DNA of 64,000 bases from a bacterium (GTDB taxonomy: Bacteria > Patescibacteriota > Minisyncoccia > Phycocordibacterales > UBA5272), in contig JAHFNB010000003.1 in assembly GCA_023267595.1 (NCBI GenBank), forward strand, positions 2,165-66,164, given 5' to 3'. The position numbers and the translations under genes are program-made. Below are positions 19,953 to 29,273 of the stretch, in pieces. Position 1 is the stretch's first letter. Every line of letters starts with the position of its first letter. The notes beneath the pieces were generated by a model, which did not search any database, had not been told where the DNA came from, and saw nothing but the letters and a program-made list of their open reading frames with translations.

Positions 19953-20996
19953 ATGAATCCAGTTCGTGGTTTTTGGCAACGTCTTATTGATGAAAAACTA
20001 AGTAACGGTGATCCATTAGTTGTTGTTGCACCTATGGCAGATGTTACCGATGTTGCATTTCGTAGTATGATTGCAAAGTATTCAAACATGGGGGAAATAG
20101 ATGGTGGGCCAGATGTGATGTGGACTGAGTTTGTTTCGGCAAATGGATTATGTAGTAATGGAAGAGAAATATTGAAACGAGATCTTGAGTATTCAGAGTT
20201 AGAACGTCCTATTGTTGCACAGTTATTTACTTCAACTCCTGAAAATATGAGACAAGCAGCAGTACTATGTCGCCAACTTGGATTTGATGGTATTGATATT
20301 AATATGGGATGTCCTGATAAAAGTATCGAAAAACAAGGTGCTGGTGCAGGTCATATCAAAGATTGGAAAACCGCCCAAGCAGTAATACGTGCTGCACAAG
20401 AGGGGGCAGGAAACATCCCTGTTTCAGTGAAAACTCGTCTTGGATATAACAAAGTAGAAATCATGCAGTGGCTACCAAAATTACTCGAATGTAATATTCC
20501 AGTGCTTACTGTACATCTTCGTACAAGAAAAGAGATGTCAAAAGTAGATGCACATTGGGATATGATGCCAGAGATTGTAAAACTTGTTCGAGAGATGACA
20601 GGAGAAGTAAAAGATGGTGGGACTATTATATTAGGAAATGGTGATATTACGTCAGTAAAAGATGGAAAAGAAAAAGCACGTATTACTGGGTGTGATGGTG
20701 TCATGATTGGGCGAGGAATATTTGGTACACCATGGTTTTTTAATGAAGCAGAGTTTGAAAAAGGAAAATCTGTAGAAGAACGGTTACGTATATTAGTTGA
20801 ACATACAAAGTTATATGAAGAAAAACTAGGTGATATAAAAAGTTTTGCAATTATGAAGAAGCATTATAAAGCCTACGTAAATGGATTTGATGGTGCAAAA
20901 GAACTTCGTATGGAGTTGATGGAATGTAACAATGCAAAAGAAATAGAAGAAAGAATAAATGCTTATCTAATAGAAAATAAAAAACTGGCGGTGTGA
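19953..20996 (+). CDS. dus: tRNA-dihydrouridine synthase
   Basis: APMADVTD, TEFVS, GIDINMGCP, VSVKTRLG, LTVHLRT, GNGDI and GVMIGRG motifs. Confidence 0.93.
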   Translation: MNPVRGFWQRLIDEKLSNGDPLVVVAPMADVTDVAFRSMIAKYSNMGEIDGGPDVMWTEFVSANGLCSNGREILKRDLEYSELERPIVAQLFTSTPENMRQAAVLCRQLGFDGIDINMGCPDKSIEKQGAGAGHIKDWKTAQAVIRAAQEGAGNIPVSVKTRLGYNKVEIMQWLPKLLECNIPVLTVHLRTRKEMSKVDAHWDMMPEIVKLVREMTGEVKDGGTIILGNGDITSVKDGKEKARITGCDGVMIGRGIFGTPWFFNEAEFEKGKSVEERLRILVEHTKLYEEKLGDIKSFAIMKKHYKAYVNGFDGAKELRMELMECNNAKEIEERINAYLIENKKLAV

Positions 20997-21008
20997 TACC
21001 CGCCAGTT
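20983..21008. terminator. Hairpin overlapping the dus stop codon
   Basis: AACTGGCGG-tgtgatac-CCGCCAGTT. Confidence 0.65.
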
Positions 21009-21015
21009 CGTCGCC

Positions 21016-21246
21016 TTATATTTTTGGCGACCACAATCCCACAAGCAAACGCTCGTGAATGGGACGCTTCAAGCGTTCACGAATTAGGGCTGAAGTAGCC
21101 TCTTTTTTCGTGTTGAAGGGATAGTATTCTCCATCTCCAGCAACCCATGCTTCTTCGTTGGTGTAACTCACCATTGCCCACTGCTCGGGCTTTATACCGA
21201 AGAAGTTAAACGAAGAGATATCTTTACTGCCTTGTGCGAGCGGCAT
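21016..21246 (-). CDS. Orphan hypothetical protein
   Basis: 76 aa; AGGAGA SD; own TTGACA promoter; GC-richer than the neighbours. Confidence 0.6.
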   Translation of the reverse strand: MPLAQGSKDISSFNFFGIKPEQWAMVSYTNEEAWVAGDGEYYPFNTKKEATSALIRERLKRPIHERLLVGLWSPKI

Positions 21247-21358
21247 ATCTTTCTCCTATGGATGATGTTGAACCCCAACATCTAAGGTACTTCACTGAGC
21301 ACTTGAATCAGTGCCAAATTTATCCCAAAAGAAAGAACTACCATTACGCACAAATGGT

Positions 21359-21387
21359 AATGTAACATATATTATATTATTTGTCAA
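21359..21387 (-). promoter_or_regulatory. Sigma70-type promoter TTGACA-17-TACATT
   Basis: Exact -35 consensus with a 17-nt spacer. Confidence 0.65.
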
Positions 21388-21462
21388 TAAATACAAAGAA
21401 AAGACTTATATATTTATTGATGTTAGGATACAAGCAGAATAGTTTTTGATAAGGGAGTAATC

Positions 21463-21711
21463 ATGCTTAATGCGCAGATGGTTCAAAAAGGGGTTCCTCT
21501 TGGTATCGGATCATTTTCTTATGTGCCACCAGTAAAAAAAGGACAGCACCTTGTCGCAGTGCTTACAATTGCCAGTGGTACAAAAATGGCTATTGAAATC
21601 ATTGACGAAAAAACATTTTATGATGTTGGAATATTTTGTGTCACCCATGTTGGGACAGGATATGCTTTTTTCTTACTTGGCGAAGAAGAATTCAAATCCT
21701 GTATTACTTAA
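21463..21711 (+). CDS. Orphan hypothetical protein
   Basis: 82 aa; AAGGGAG SD upstream. Confidence 0.55.
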   Translation: MLNAQMVQKGVPLGIGSFSYVPPVKKGQHLVAVLTIASGTKMAIEIIDEKTFYDVGIFCVTHVGTGYAFFLLGEEEFKSCIT

Positions 21712-21770
21712 ACTGCTCATGAGTGAAATCTGGAGCAGTTTTTTATTATAAAAATGATATAATTATCCTC

Positions 21771-22784
21771 ATGAAATCCCATCTCGCTCTCTATCGTAAA
21801 TATCGTCCAGAAACTTTTTCAGATGTTGTTGGTCAAGAGCACATAGTCACATTACTCACAACTTCTATTAAACAAAAGAAAATATCTCACGCGTATTTAT
21901 TTTGTGGGGGTCGTGGTACAGGAAAGACAACGGTAGCAAGAATCGTAGCAAAAGACATTGGATGTAATCCTGAAGATATTATTGAAATAGATGCAGCCTC
22001 TAATCGCGGAATAGATGAAATACGAGCATTACGAGATGCTGTGCGTACTTCACCTTTTTCATCACCGTATAAGGTTTATATTATTGATGAAGCACACATG
22101 CTCACTAAGGAAGCAGCAAATGCACTACTTAAAACATTAGAGGAACCACCATCACACGTTATCTTTATTCTTGCAACAACAGATCCTGAAAAATTACCAC
22201 AAACAATAGTTTCTCGATGTCAAAAAATTGTCTTTCAAAATCCAAGTAGAGAAACATTAGCCCTCCATTTAATGAACATCGCCTTAGAAGAAGGTTTTAA
22301 ACTAGATAATAAAACTGCTCTTACTATTGCATCACATGGTAAAGGATCATTTCGTGATTCTCTTGGAATATTAGAACAGGTTATATCTACAAGTGGAAAG
22401 ACAATCGTTTATGAAGATGTGACACATTTGTTAGGTACTCCAGAAAAAGAAGCACTTATCATATTACTGGGTGCAGTATGTACTAAAAATCAAAAGACTG
22501 TTGTGGAGACAATACATGTATTGTCATCCAAAACAGATAGTCTGCGTGCTTATGATGAGTTTATTGAACTTGTTCAACAAGCACTCTATATACGAATAGG
22601 TGAAGGTAAAAAGGGTGATAGTAAGGAGGATACAGAATTAATACGTCTAGCAAGTGAATACCCACGTGTCATTGCCTCAAAATTAGTCCTAGAACTACTC
22701 AGTAAACGTCATCTACTTGAAGTATCAACTAGCCATGCATCGCTTGCTTTTACAGCAATTTTACTATCACTTATAGAAGACTAG
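21771..22784 (+). CDS. dnaX: DNA polymerase III gamma/tau, short form
   Basis: LYRKYRPETF, GGRGTGKT, EIDAASNRG, IIDEAHML, LLKTLEEPP and SRC motifs; TGaTATAAT lies 7 nt before the ATG at 21771. Confidence 0.93.
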   Translation: MKSHLALYRKYRPETFSDVVGQEHIVTLLTTSIKQKKISHAYLFCGGRGTGKTTVARIVAKDIGCNPEDIIEIDAASNRGIDEIRALRDAVRTSPFSSPYKVYIIDEAHMLTKEAANALLKTLEEPPSHVIFILATTDPEKLPQTIVSRCQKIVFQNPSRETLALHLMNIALEEGFKLDNKTALTIASHGKGSFRDSLGILEQVISTSGKTIVYEDVTHLLGTPEKEALIILLGAVCTKNQKTVVETIHVLSSKTDSLRAYDEFIELVQQALYIRIGEGKKGDSKEDTELIRLASEYPRVIASKLVLELLSKRHLLEVSTSHASLAFTAILLSLIED

Positions 22785-22795
22785 TTGAGGGGTAC

Positions 22796-22824
22796 TTGAC
22801 AAAAATAGTATAGGGTGCTATACT
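22796..22824 (+). promoter_or_regulatory. Strong sigma70 promoter TTGACA-17-TATACT with an extended -10
   Basis: TTGACA at 22796-22801, TG at 22816-22817, TATACT at 22819-22824. Confidence 0.8.
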
Positions 22825-22830
22825 GTATCT

Positions 22831-22980
22831 ATTCTGATCTTTCGAGGGAGGCAAAGCATGGGTAAGACCTTGCAAGTCTCGTTGTACAGCCCATAAGACC
22901 GTAAGGTCCTAAATTGGGTAGAGGGCAGGGCAGAGGACCAAACAGCCCCGGCGTGCCAATTCGCCGGGGCTGCTTTTTTT
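22831..22980 (+). ncRNA. Putative structured small RNA with an intrinsic terminator, family unassigned
   Basis: GC-rich island between a consensus promoter and CAGCCCCGGCG-N8-CGCCGGGGCTG-C-T7; closing stem and internal hairpins. Confidence 0.6.
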
Positions 22981-23407
22981 ACTCTGGAATAAGAAAGAAT
23001 GCTGCAACGATTGCTCCAATCCATGAAATAGTAGATATGGCACCACTTATAAGAAGGGGTGCTTTTTCTCGTGTAGAAAGTGAGATAAATGTTTTTTCTG
23101 TTGCAATGTGTGATATTTTCCCAATCACAAGCCCATTAATAATAAGTGTAAAAACAAATCCCATTTTAATATAAAATTGTGGACGAGTTAAAAGAAATTC
23201 TCTCATTGGATAAAATAAGACACTACCCGTTATAATCATAAGTCCTAACCCAATCCATGTACCATGATGATATGTGCTGATATCTTTCTTTGACAATAGT
23301 TGTTCTTTTCCTGTCATCCATAAGAATCCAGCATGATCTGCACGAATAACATTCCATGCAACATAGAGTAGTGATAGTAAATGAAGAGGTAAAAATAGTT
23401 GACTCAT
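22979..23407 (-). CDS. Four-TM membrane protein with several His residues
   Basis: Hydrophobic helices; LHLL, ADHAG, YHHG and FYIKMGFV..NG. Confidence 0.65.
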   Translation of the reverse strand: MSQLFLPLHLLSLLYVAWNVIRADHAGFLWMTGKEQLLSKKDISTYHHGTWIGLGLMIITGSVLFYPMREFLLTRPQFYIKMGFVFTLIINGLVIGKISHIATEKTFISLSTREKAPLLISGAISTISWIGAIVAAFFLIPE

Positions 23408-23413
23408 AGAAAA

Positions 23414-23911
23414 TTATTTACAGACAAATTGACAGTTTGGTCCACTTCTTCCGACGTATGTTCCATCTGGACACATTTTTGCATCCATAGTACACGCAAC
23501 AGGTGAAGAAGTTTGACCTACTGTTCCGATTTTAAATGTTGTTAGTTTTGCATTTGGTTTTGAAGCACCACCGTGTTGTAAATTAAATGCAGTAGATCCA
23601 TCACGTCCACAAATCGCAAGTATTGCCAGTTTTCCACCGGGATGTTTGTTGATCCATGTTGTTAAATCATAGACACTACCGTTAATAATTGCGTAACACG
23701 ATTCCGCAGTATTATGTGTTTTCACATCTTCTACAGTAAATGTTTTTGACGGAATTACTTGTGGTGTAGTAGTTGCATTTGGGTTAATAGATTCTTGTTG
23801 AGAAGAATTATTTACTGAAGAAACTGGGGAATAAGCACTTTCTTTTGTATAGATGTAGAGTCCCCCTATGAAAAGTAATGTAAGAACTAGATAGGTAATA
23901 ATTTTCTTCAT
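23414..23911 (-). CDS. Membrane-anchored cytochrome b5-like heme-binding protein with a C-terminal Cys motif
   Basis: VKTHN..CYAIINGSVYDLT.WINKHPGG..GRDGSTAF..QH; tail CTMDAKMCPDGTYVGRSGPNC. Confidence 0.85.
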   Translation of the reverse strand: MKKIITYLVLTLLFIGGLYIYTKESAYSPVSSVNNSSQQESINPNATTTPQVIPSKTFTVEDVKTHNTAESCYAIINGSVYDLTTWINKHPGGKLAILAICGRDGSTAFNLQHGGASKPNAKLTTFKIGTVGQTSSPVACTMDAKMCPDGTYVGRSGPNCQFVCK

Positions 23912-23997
23912 AATTAACTGCAGTATACTATAAAATACGTAGTGTAAGGATACTTTCTTTCGCTCTTTATGTACATAGCATATACTAGAAGGTATTT

Positions 23998-25074
23998 ATG
24001 TTAGATACATTTAAATCTTTAAAAATCTATACTGCCCATTCAACTACTATTATCTTTCTAGCAGGATTTTTGTTTGATATGGTGATGTTGCCAGACTTAG
24101 ATGATCCTTTTGCACGATATGTTGGATTTGGGTATTTATGTGCGGTTGCACTACTTATCATGTTTCGGGAATGGGTTATTTCACAAAATAAGGCCACTCT
24201 TTTTGAGCAACGTACTTACTCTGTTGCAACTTTTTTAATATCATATTGTTCAGGTGCAGCATTATCATTTGTTTTTATTTACGCATTACGTAGTGCTGCT
24301 TTTTCAGTTAGTTGGCCACTCTTTTTAATCCTTGCATTATGTATTGGATTAAACGAACTAGTTTCAACACACAATTTACGTTTTAACTTAGATATCGGTA
24401 TTCTTTTATTTGCTATCTTGTTTTATACAATATTTAATACACCACTATTTCTTGGAGTCCAAAATAATTTTAGTTTTTTGGTAAGTATTGCCGTATCTAT
24501 GGGGGTGTCTCTTATCTATATTTATTTTTTACAATTTACTTCAGAGAATGCTACACATGAAGCACCTCGTGGGTATGCACTTGCCATAGGTATTCCTATG
24601 TTTGTCGGAATGCTCTATATGTTAAATATAATCCCTGCAGTTCCTTTGTCACTTAAGGAGGGTGGTGTATATCACTCAATCAAACGTGTTACATCAGGTG
24701 AGTTTATTGGTAATCAAGAAGTAGACACTCGAATACTTGCACGTTATCGTACTCCTACATTTCATCTGACGCCAGAAGATACAGGAGTGTATTTCTTTTC
24801 TGCAGTAAATGCACCGGCAGAATTATCTGCTCCAATATCACATGTATGGGAGTATTATGATGTCATAAAACAAGAGTGGATACCTACAACAAAAGTCTCT
24901 TTTACTCTAGATGGGGGACGAGAAGATGGTTATCGCGCATATTCCAAAAAAGATGCAATTACCGATGGATTATGGCGAGTAACGGTAATGGTAGATGATA
25001 AGCGTGTTGTTGGGAGAGTAAAGTTTAATGTAGTACATTCTCCTCCTGCTTCTCTAGTAGAAATTAAACTTTAA
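23998..25074 (+). CDS. Multi-TM membrane protein with a C-terminal DUF2914-like domain
   Basis: About 7 TMs then VYFFSAVNAP..ISHVW..GGREDGYRAYSKK..GLWRVTV. Confidence 0.7.
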   Translation: MLDTFKSLKIYTAHSTTIIFLAGFLFDMVMLPDLDDPFARYVGFGYLCAVALLIMFREWVISQNKATLFEQRTYSVATFLISYCSGAALSFVFIYALRSAAFSVSWPLFLILALCIGLNELVSTHNLRFNLDIGILLFAILFYTIFNTPLFLGVQNNFSFLVSIAVSMGVSLIYIYFLQFTSENATHEAPRGYALAIGIPMFVGMLYMLNIIPAVPLSLKEGGVYHSIKRVTSGEFIGNQEVDTRILARYRTPTFHLTPEDTGVYFFSAVNAPAELSAPISHVWEYYDVIKQEWIPTTKVSFTLDGGREDGYRAYSKKDAITDGLWRVTVMVDDKRVVGRVKFNVVHSPPASLVEIKL

Positions 25075-25958
25075 AGCAGGTTGCAACGTATTCGTAAATC
25101 ACGAATATCTTCTGTACTTGGTGTGAGTGTATTACTTTGATTAAGCATATACATAATAGACTTTGGATTATCGTTATGATTAAGTGAAAGCGCATGTCCT
25201 AATTCATGTGCAAGTACACGAATTAGTTTTTCTTTAGTACCAAACTCATATATCGTAATAGTTTTTGTATTTGGGTCATACGTTCCTTCTTCAAATTCTT
25301 TTCCTGCAGTTTTATTTATGGTTGTAATTTTCGCATTAGCATTATCTATTAAAAGGTTATAGGTATGGATAAAAGTATTAATAGAATCAACAAGTGTGTT
25401 TAATGCTACTCTTTTTTGTTCTAGTGTTGTATATGTTGTTTGTAACGATGTATGTTCTTGTACAAGTGCATCGTATATATCAGATGGCGCTCCACCATGA
25501 GCATTCCAGTAGGTAACTTTGGCATTATATGCAGTTTGTTCTTGTTCAAACTGATGTACAAGATTTGTATAAATTCTTTCATCAGAAGTATAAGTATTTT
25601 GAAGAGAAGTATATTGTTGTTTTACCGAGAGTGCAGAAGCATTTAATTTTTCTGTATCTGCTTTTAAGATATTATTCTGTTCAGTTGTTTTTTGCCGTGT
25701 ATCATATACAAGATTGACGGTAATAGCACCATTTTCACTATATTCAAAAAGGTTTTTCTCTATAGCCTTTTCCCAGATAGCACTTGCTTGGTTAAGATCT
25801 TCAAGAAATGTTTTTTTACTTATACCAAACTCATCATCAAAGGTACCAAGTGTATACGTGATGACTGAGTTGCACGTATAGTTTTTTTGATAGAAACTAT
25901 AACCATAGTAACCTCCACTTAGAAGTAATATCAAGAGTATAAGTTGAGTCTTTCTCAT
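25071..25958 (-). CDS. Matrixin-family zinc metalloprotease with a coiled-coil insert
   Basis: HELGHALSLNH plus the SIMY Met-turn. Confidence 0.85.
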   Translation of the reverse strand: MRKTQLILLILLLSGGYYGYSFYQKNYTCNSVITYTLGTFDDEFGISKKTFLEDLNQASAIWEKAIEKNLFEYSENGAITVNLVYDTRQKTTEQNNILKADTEKLNASALSVKQQYTSLQNTYTSDERIYTNLVHQFEQEQTAYNAKVTYWNAHGGAPSDIYDALVQEHTSLQTTYTTLEQKRVALNTLVDSINTFIHTYNLLIDNANAKITTINKTAGKEFEEGTYDPNTKTITIYEFGTKEKLIRVLAHELGHALSLNHNDNPKSIMYMLNQSNTLTPSTEDIRDLRIRCNLL

Positions 25959-25981
25959 ATAAAGAATAATAGCATGTAGAT

Positions 25982-26008
25982 AAAAACCACACAGGAGGTG
26001 TGGTTTTT
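25982..26008. terminator. Intrinsic terminator
   Basis: AAAAACCACAC-aggag-GTGTGGTTTTT. Confidence 0.75.
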
Positions 26009-26032
26009 ATTATTCACAATGTAAAACAAAAA

Positions 26033-27136
26033 TTATTTTGTCTTAAACGATACTCTGTCTCCGTAACTTACACCAAGACTATTTTCCGCAACAATTCTGT
26101 AGAAATAATTAGTATTTGATACAAGACTAGAGATGTTAGATGATAAAGGTATATCATTTGTTCCAACACCTGCTGACATATGTGTAGTTGTCTTTAGAAG
26201 GGTAGCACCCAGTAATGAATCAGTACTGTATTCAAACCAGTATATAGTTTGCATACCGTTTGGATTGACTGTTCCTCGTAATGTCGCAGATGTTGTTTTA
26301 AGTGTGTTTGCATCAAGAGTATCAACAAGAGGTTTTGCGGTATCACTTGGACCACTTGTTTTAAAGGTAAATGTTGTTCCTGTAACTGTACCCCAACTAT
26401 TTTGTGCATTAATTCGGAAGTAGTAATTTGTTAGTGGTTCTAAGTTTGTAATTGGAAGAGACACGGATGTTTTCCCATTACTACCTGTTATTGTTTGAAG
26501 TGATGTTGTGTATCCAAAGTTTGAAGTTCTACCATATTCAAACCAGTATTGTGTATTTACTTGATTTGGTGTTACTTCTCCTTGAAGGGTTGCGCTTGTT
26601 CGTGAGATTTCATTACTAGTAAATGTTTTTACCGTTGGTAATGATCCTATTGGACTTGGATTTCCTGCATCTGTAGTAAATGTATATTGAATTCCTGCTA
26701 CTTTACCATATTGATTTTCTGAGACAAGACGATAGTAGTATGTTGTATTTTTATTTAATCCTGTTATATATGCAGGAGAAGTTAGTGCATTATATCCTGA
26801 ACCAATATTTTGCACTACTGTTTTACTTCCTAGATTTTGGGTTATTCCATACTCAAACCAGTAGTTAGTAAAAAACCCATGAGGTACTACAGTACCTGTT
26901 ACAGATGCTGCAAACTCACTTGTTGTTACATTTGGACTGGTGACAGGAATCGGAGCACCTGCTTCTCGTATTGTTGTTGTAGTTGTTGTCGTTACTGAAG
27001 GATTTTTTATACTTATTGGTGTCGTTGTTGACATTGTGTTATCAGTTAGAACAGGAGAGTTTATGTTTACATAGTAAAGAAGCGAACCGACTGCAATAAG
27101 ACCAAGTATTCCTATAAATAAAGTTGTGTTTTTCAT
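26033..27136 (-). CDS. Surface protein with three fibronectin type III-like repeats
   Basis: Three copies of GxVxP..YWFEY..L.(T/N)YY(F/Y)R..N.G. Confidence 0.8.
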   Translation of the reverse strand: MKNTTLFIGILGLIAVGSLLYYVNINSPVLTDNTMSTTTPISIKNPSVTTTTTTTIREAGAPIPVTSPNVTTSEFAASVTGTVVPHGFFTNYWFEYGITQNLGSKTVVQNIGSGYNALTSPAYITGLNKNTTYYYRLVSENQYGKVAGIQYTFTTDAGNPSPIGSLPTVKTFTSNEISRTSATLQGEVTPNQVNTQYWFEYGRTSNFGYTTSLQTITGSNGKTSVSLPITNLEPLTNYYFRINAQNSWGTVTGTTFTFKTSGPSDTAKPLVDTLDANTLKTTSATLRGTVNPNGMQTIYWFEYSTDSLLGATLLKTTTHMSAGVGTNDIPLSSNISSLVSNTNYFYRIVAENSLGVSYGDRVSFKTK

Positions 27137-27157
27137 AATAATAGATGTGTGATATGT

Positions 27158-27295
27158 TTATGCTCGAATAATACGAAGAAGAAAAAGGACGATAGCAATA
27201 ACAAGAAGTATATGTATGAAACTTCCGATAGTGTATCCAGTAATAATTCCTAGAAGCCAAAGAATAATAAGAACGACTGCAATTGTAGAAAGCAT
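27158..27295 (-). CDS. lmo0937/DUF5670-like small membrane protein (45 aa, absent from the ORF track)
   Basis: MLSTIAVVLIILWLLGIITGYTIGSFIHILLVIAIVLFLLRIIRA, translated by hand. Confidence 0.8.
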   Translation of the reverse strand: MLSTIAVVLIILWLLGIITGYTIGSFIHILLVIAIVLFLLRIIRA

Positions 27296-27482
27296 GTATG
27301 TATGATTAAAATGCACATTAATAATTGACTCGTCTGTATAGATTACGCAGTCATGTGTACATATAACGACGTCTGCAAGAGATAAATCTTACATGAGTTA
27401 TAAAAAGAAAAATTATCTTAGAATAAAATGTTGTAAGATTTTTATTTGTAAAGCGTCACAGGTAGTATCAACACTATTTTCT

Positions 27483-27902
27483 ATGAATTACTTTTATAAC
27501 TTTAAAAACTACATCCTTATCGGTATTATCGTTATCCTTATACCTTTTGCGTATGCAAAAAATCAGGATGATGAAGATATGGATATTATTGCGATGAACA
27601 CGTTTATTGGGCCAATGGAAGAAATAAAGTTTATTCCAATAGACAAAGTAAAACGTGGTGTTATAAAAAGTGTAGATAGAGTAGAAAACACATTTATTAT
27701 TCAAATGAGCACAACAACATCACTACGTATTGAGACTACTGCAACAACAACATTTTCTGAAGGTGAAAATCTACCTATAAGTTTTTACGATATAAACCCT
27801 ACTATGAAAGTCTATATATTTGGTTATATGAAGAGTGATAACTCTGCTATGCTTGCATCAAAAATAATTGTTGCACATAAATCAAGGCTAGAGAGAAAAT
27901 AA
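27483..27902 (+). CDS. Exported small beta-barrel (DUF5666-like) protein
   Basis: Signal/TM segment; RGVIKSVD..F..TTTF..KVYIFG..ASKI. Confidence 0.5.
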   Translation: MNYFYNFKNYILIGIIVILIPFAYAKNQDDEDMDIIAMNTFIGPMEEIKFIPIDKVKRGVIKSVDRVENTFIIQMSTTTSLRIETTATTTFSEGENLPISFYDINPTMKVYIFGYMKSDNSAMLASKIIVAHKSRLERK

Positions 27903-27911
27903 GTACATATT

Positions 27912-27940
27912 TTGACAAAAGGTATTATTATATGCATAAT
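27912..27940 (+). promoter_or_regulatory. Sigma70-type promoter TTGACA-17-CATAAT
   Basis: Near-consensus hexamers with a 17-nt spacer. Confidence 0.7.
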
Positions 27941-27975
27941 ATAAGAAGTTAGTTCAACCCTTTGTGAGGTGTCAC

Positions 27976-28374
27976 ATGGAACAAAATCAAAAGTCACCCA
28001 TCTCAGAAATGATTGTGTTACTAAGAAGAATGCTCATCGATTTTCCAAATTACGAAGGAAAAACGATGACGCGTGTAAGGAAAGTATCTGAAAGTAGCCA
28101 AGTCCTCGAAGAATTCTTTGATGATGGGCATGGTCACTCAAATGCAACTTCAATGCAAGTGACTCCAATCGAACCTCTAATTTTTCTCGAGGCAGTAAGG
28201 AACCAGTACATCACAGGTGTACCCTTAAGAAATAATGCAGGAATTTACTGTATTTCTAGGGAAGACTTTATCTTGACCCATTTTGGGAAAATCAAATACA
28301 ATGATCTCTTTCAACATCAAAAACTTCAAGAACAAAAAGACAAGCAAGAAAATTTTGCAAAAACCGCCCAATAG
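27976..28374 (+). CDS. Orphan hypothetical protein
   Basis: GAGGTG SD before the ATG at 27976; the stop lies inside the terminator hairpin. Confidence 0.6.
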   Translation: MEQNQKSPISEMIVLLRRMLIDFPNYEGKTMTRVRKVSESSQVLEEFFDDGHGHSNATSMQVTPIEPLIFLEAVRNQYITGVPLRNNAGIYCISREDFILTHFGKIKYNDLFQHQKLQEQKDKQENFAKTAQ

Positions 28375-28384
28375 GGCGGTTTTT
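28359..28384. terminator. Bidirectional terminator overlapping both convergent stops
   Basis: AAAAACCGCCC-aata-GGGCGGTTTTT. Confidence 0.8.
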
Positions 28385-28841
28385 AATATTCTATCGTGAA
28401 AGGAAATGATACAGATGCATCATGTTCAGGTAATCCTGAAGGGTTATCTTTTTTAAGAACAAGAGTTGCTTTGCCTATGTAGGAATTTGGCACCTTAATT
28501 TCTGCTTTAAAGGGCACAAAATTAGTAGTCATCCAATCACTTTGTGCTTGCGCAATAGCAGTCATAAGTATTTTCCCATCTTTATCTAATATTTGTATAG
28601 GAAATGATGCTTCAAAAAACCAATTTCCACGTGCTTTACCAATCACAGAGAATTCTTTTCCAGTCACAGCATCTGGAAATGGGAGATCTACAATAATGAG
28701 ATCTAGAGAAGCATTTGTATAAGTGATGTGTGAATTAACGACAGTGTCAGAAGAGAGTTTTGTCTTAGGCGTGGGTTTATACCAATAGAAGAATAAAATA
28801 CCACATATGATAAGGACTATAACAAGAATATTTTTTTTCAT
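28383..28841 (-). CDS. Gmad2 immunoglobulin-like domain protein
   Basis: GKARGNWFFEASFPI..WMT..VPF..LVLKKDNPSGL. Confidence 0.75.
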   Translation of the reverse strand: MKKNILVIVLIICGILFFYWYKPTPKTKLSSDTVVNSHITYTNASLDLIIVDLPFPDAVTGKEFSVIGKARGNWFFEASFPIQILDKDGKILMTAIAQAQSDWMTTNFVPFKAEIKVPNSYIGKATLVLKKDNPSGLPEHDASVSFPFTIEY

Positions 28842-29258
28842 TTATGATTTTTTTAAAGACCATGCATTACCAACTCCATGCCCTGCCATGTAAAGTAGTC
28901 CTGCAAACATAACAAAATGGTCTACAAAGAATCCAAACTCCATTCGATTTCCTTTCCATAGACTTGGGCCATGAAATGCAAATCCTAAGAAAATTGCATA
29001 GACTCCAAGTAATAATGCTGCTTCAGAAAACCAGACACCAAAAATAATTGCTAATCCAAGAGTGAGTTCAAAAAATGCTGCCACCCATGCAAGAATAAGA
29101 GGAATAGGGAATCCAACGTTACTTATATACATAGCCGTACCATTAATATCTTGAAATTTAAAGTAAGAGGCCATAATAAAGACACCTCCCATAATTATTC
29201 GTGCCAAAAGGAGTCCGTACGTCTTCCAAAACGGATTATGTGCAATTGCTTTAAACAT
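28842..29258 (-). CDS. DoxX-family membrane protein
   Basis: LLARIIMGGVFI...KF, FFEL..GL, AFH and G.G..SL motifs. Confidence 0.8.
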   Translation of the reverse strand: MFKAIAHNPFWKTYGLLLARIIMGGVFIMASYFKFQDINGTAMYISNVGFPIPLILAWVAAFFELTLGLAIIFGVWFSEAALLLGVYAIFLGFAFHGPSLWKGNRMEFGFFVDHFVMFAGLLYMAGHGVGNAWSLKKS

Positions 29259-29273
29259 ATGTGATTGTAGAGA

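Noticed and set aside
22831-22940. SRP RNA, c-di-GMP-I riboswitch or twister ribozyme as the identity of the sRNA
   Set aside because: Only fragmentary resemblances were found (GACCGUAAGGU, GGGAGGCAAAGC, GGUCCUAA..GUAGAGGG). The required partner motifs are missing and there is no downstream gene to regulate.
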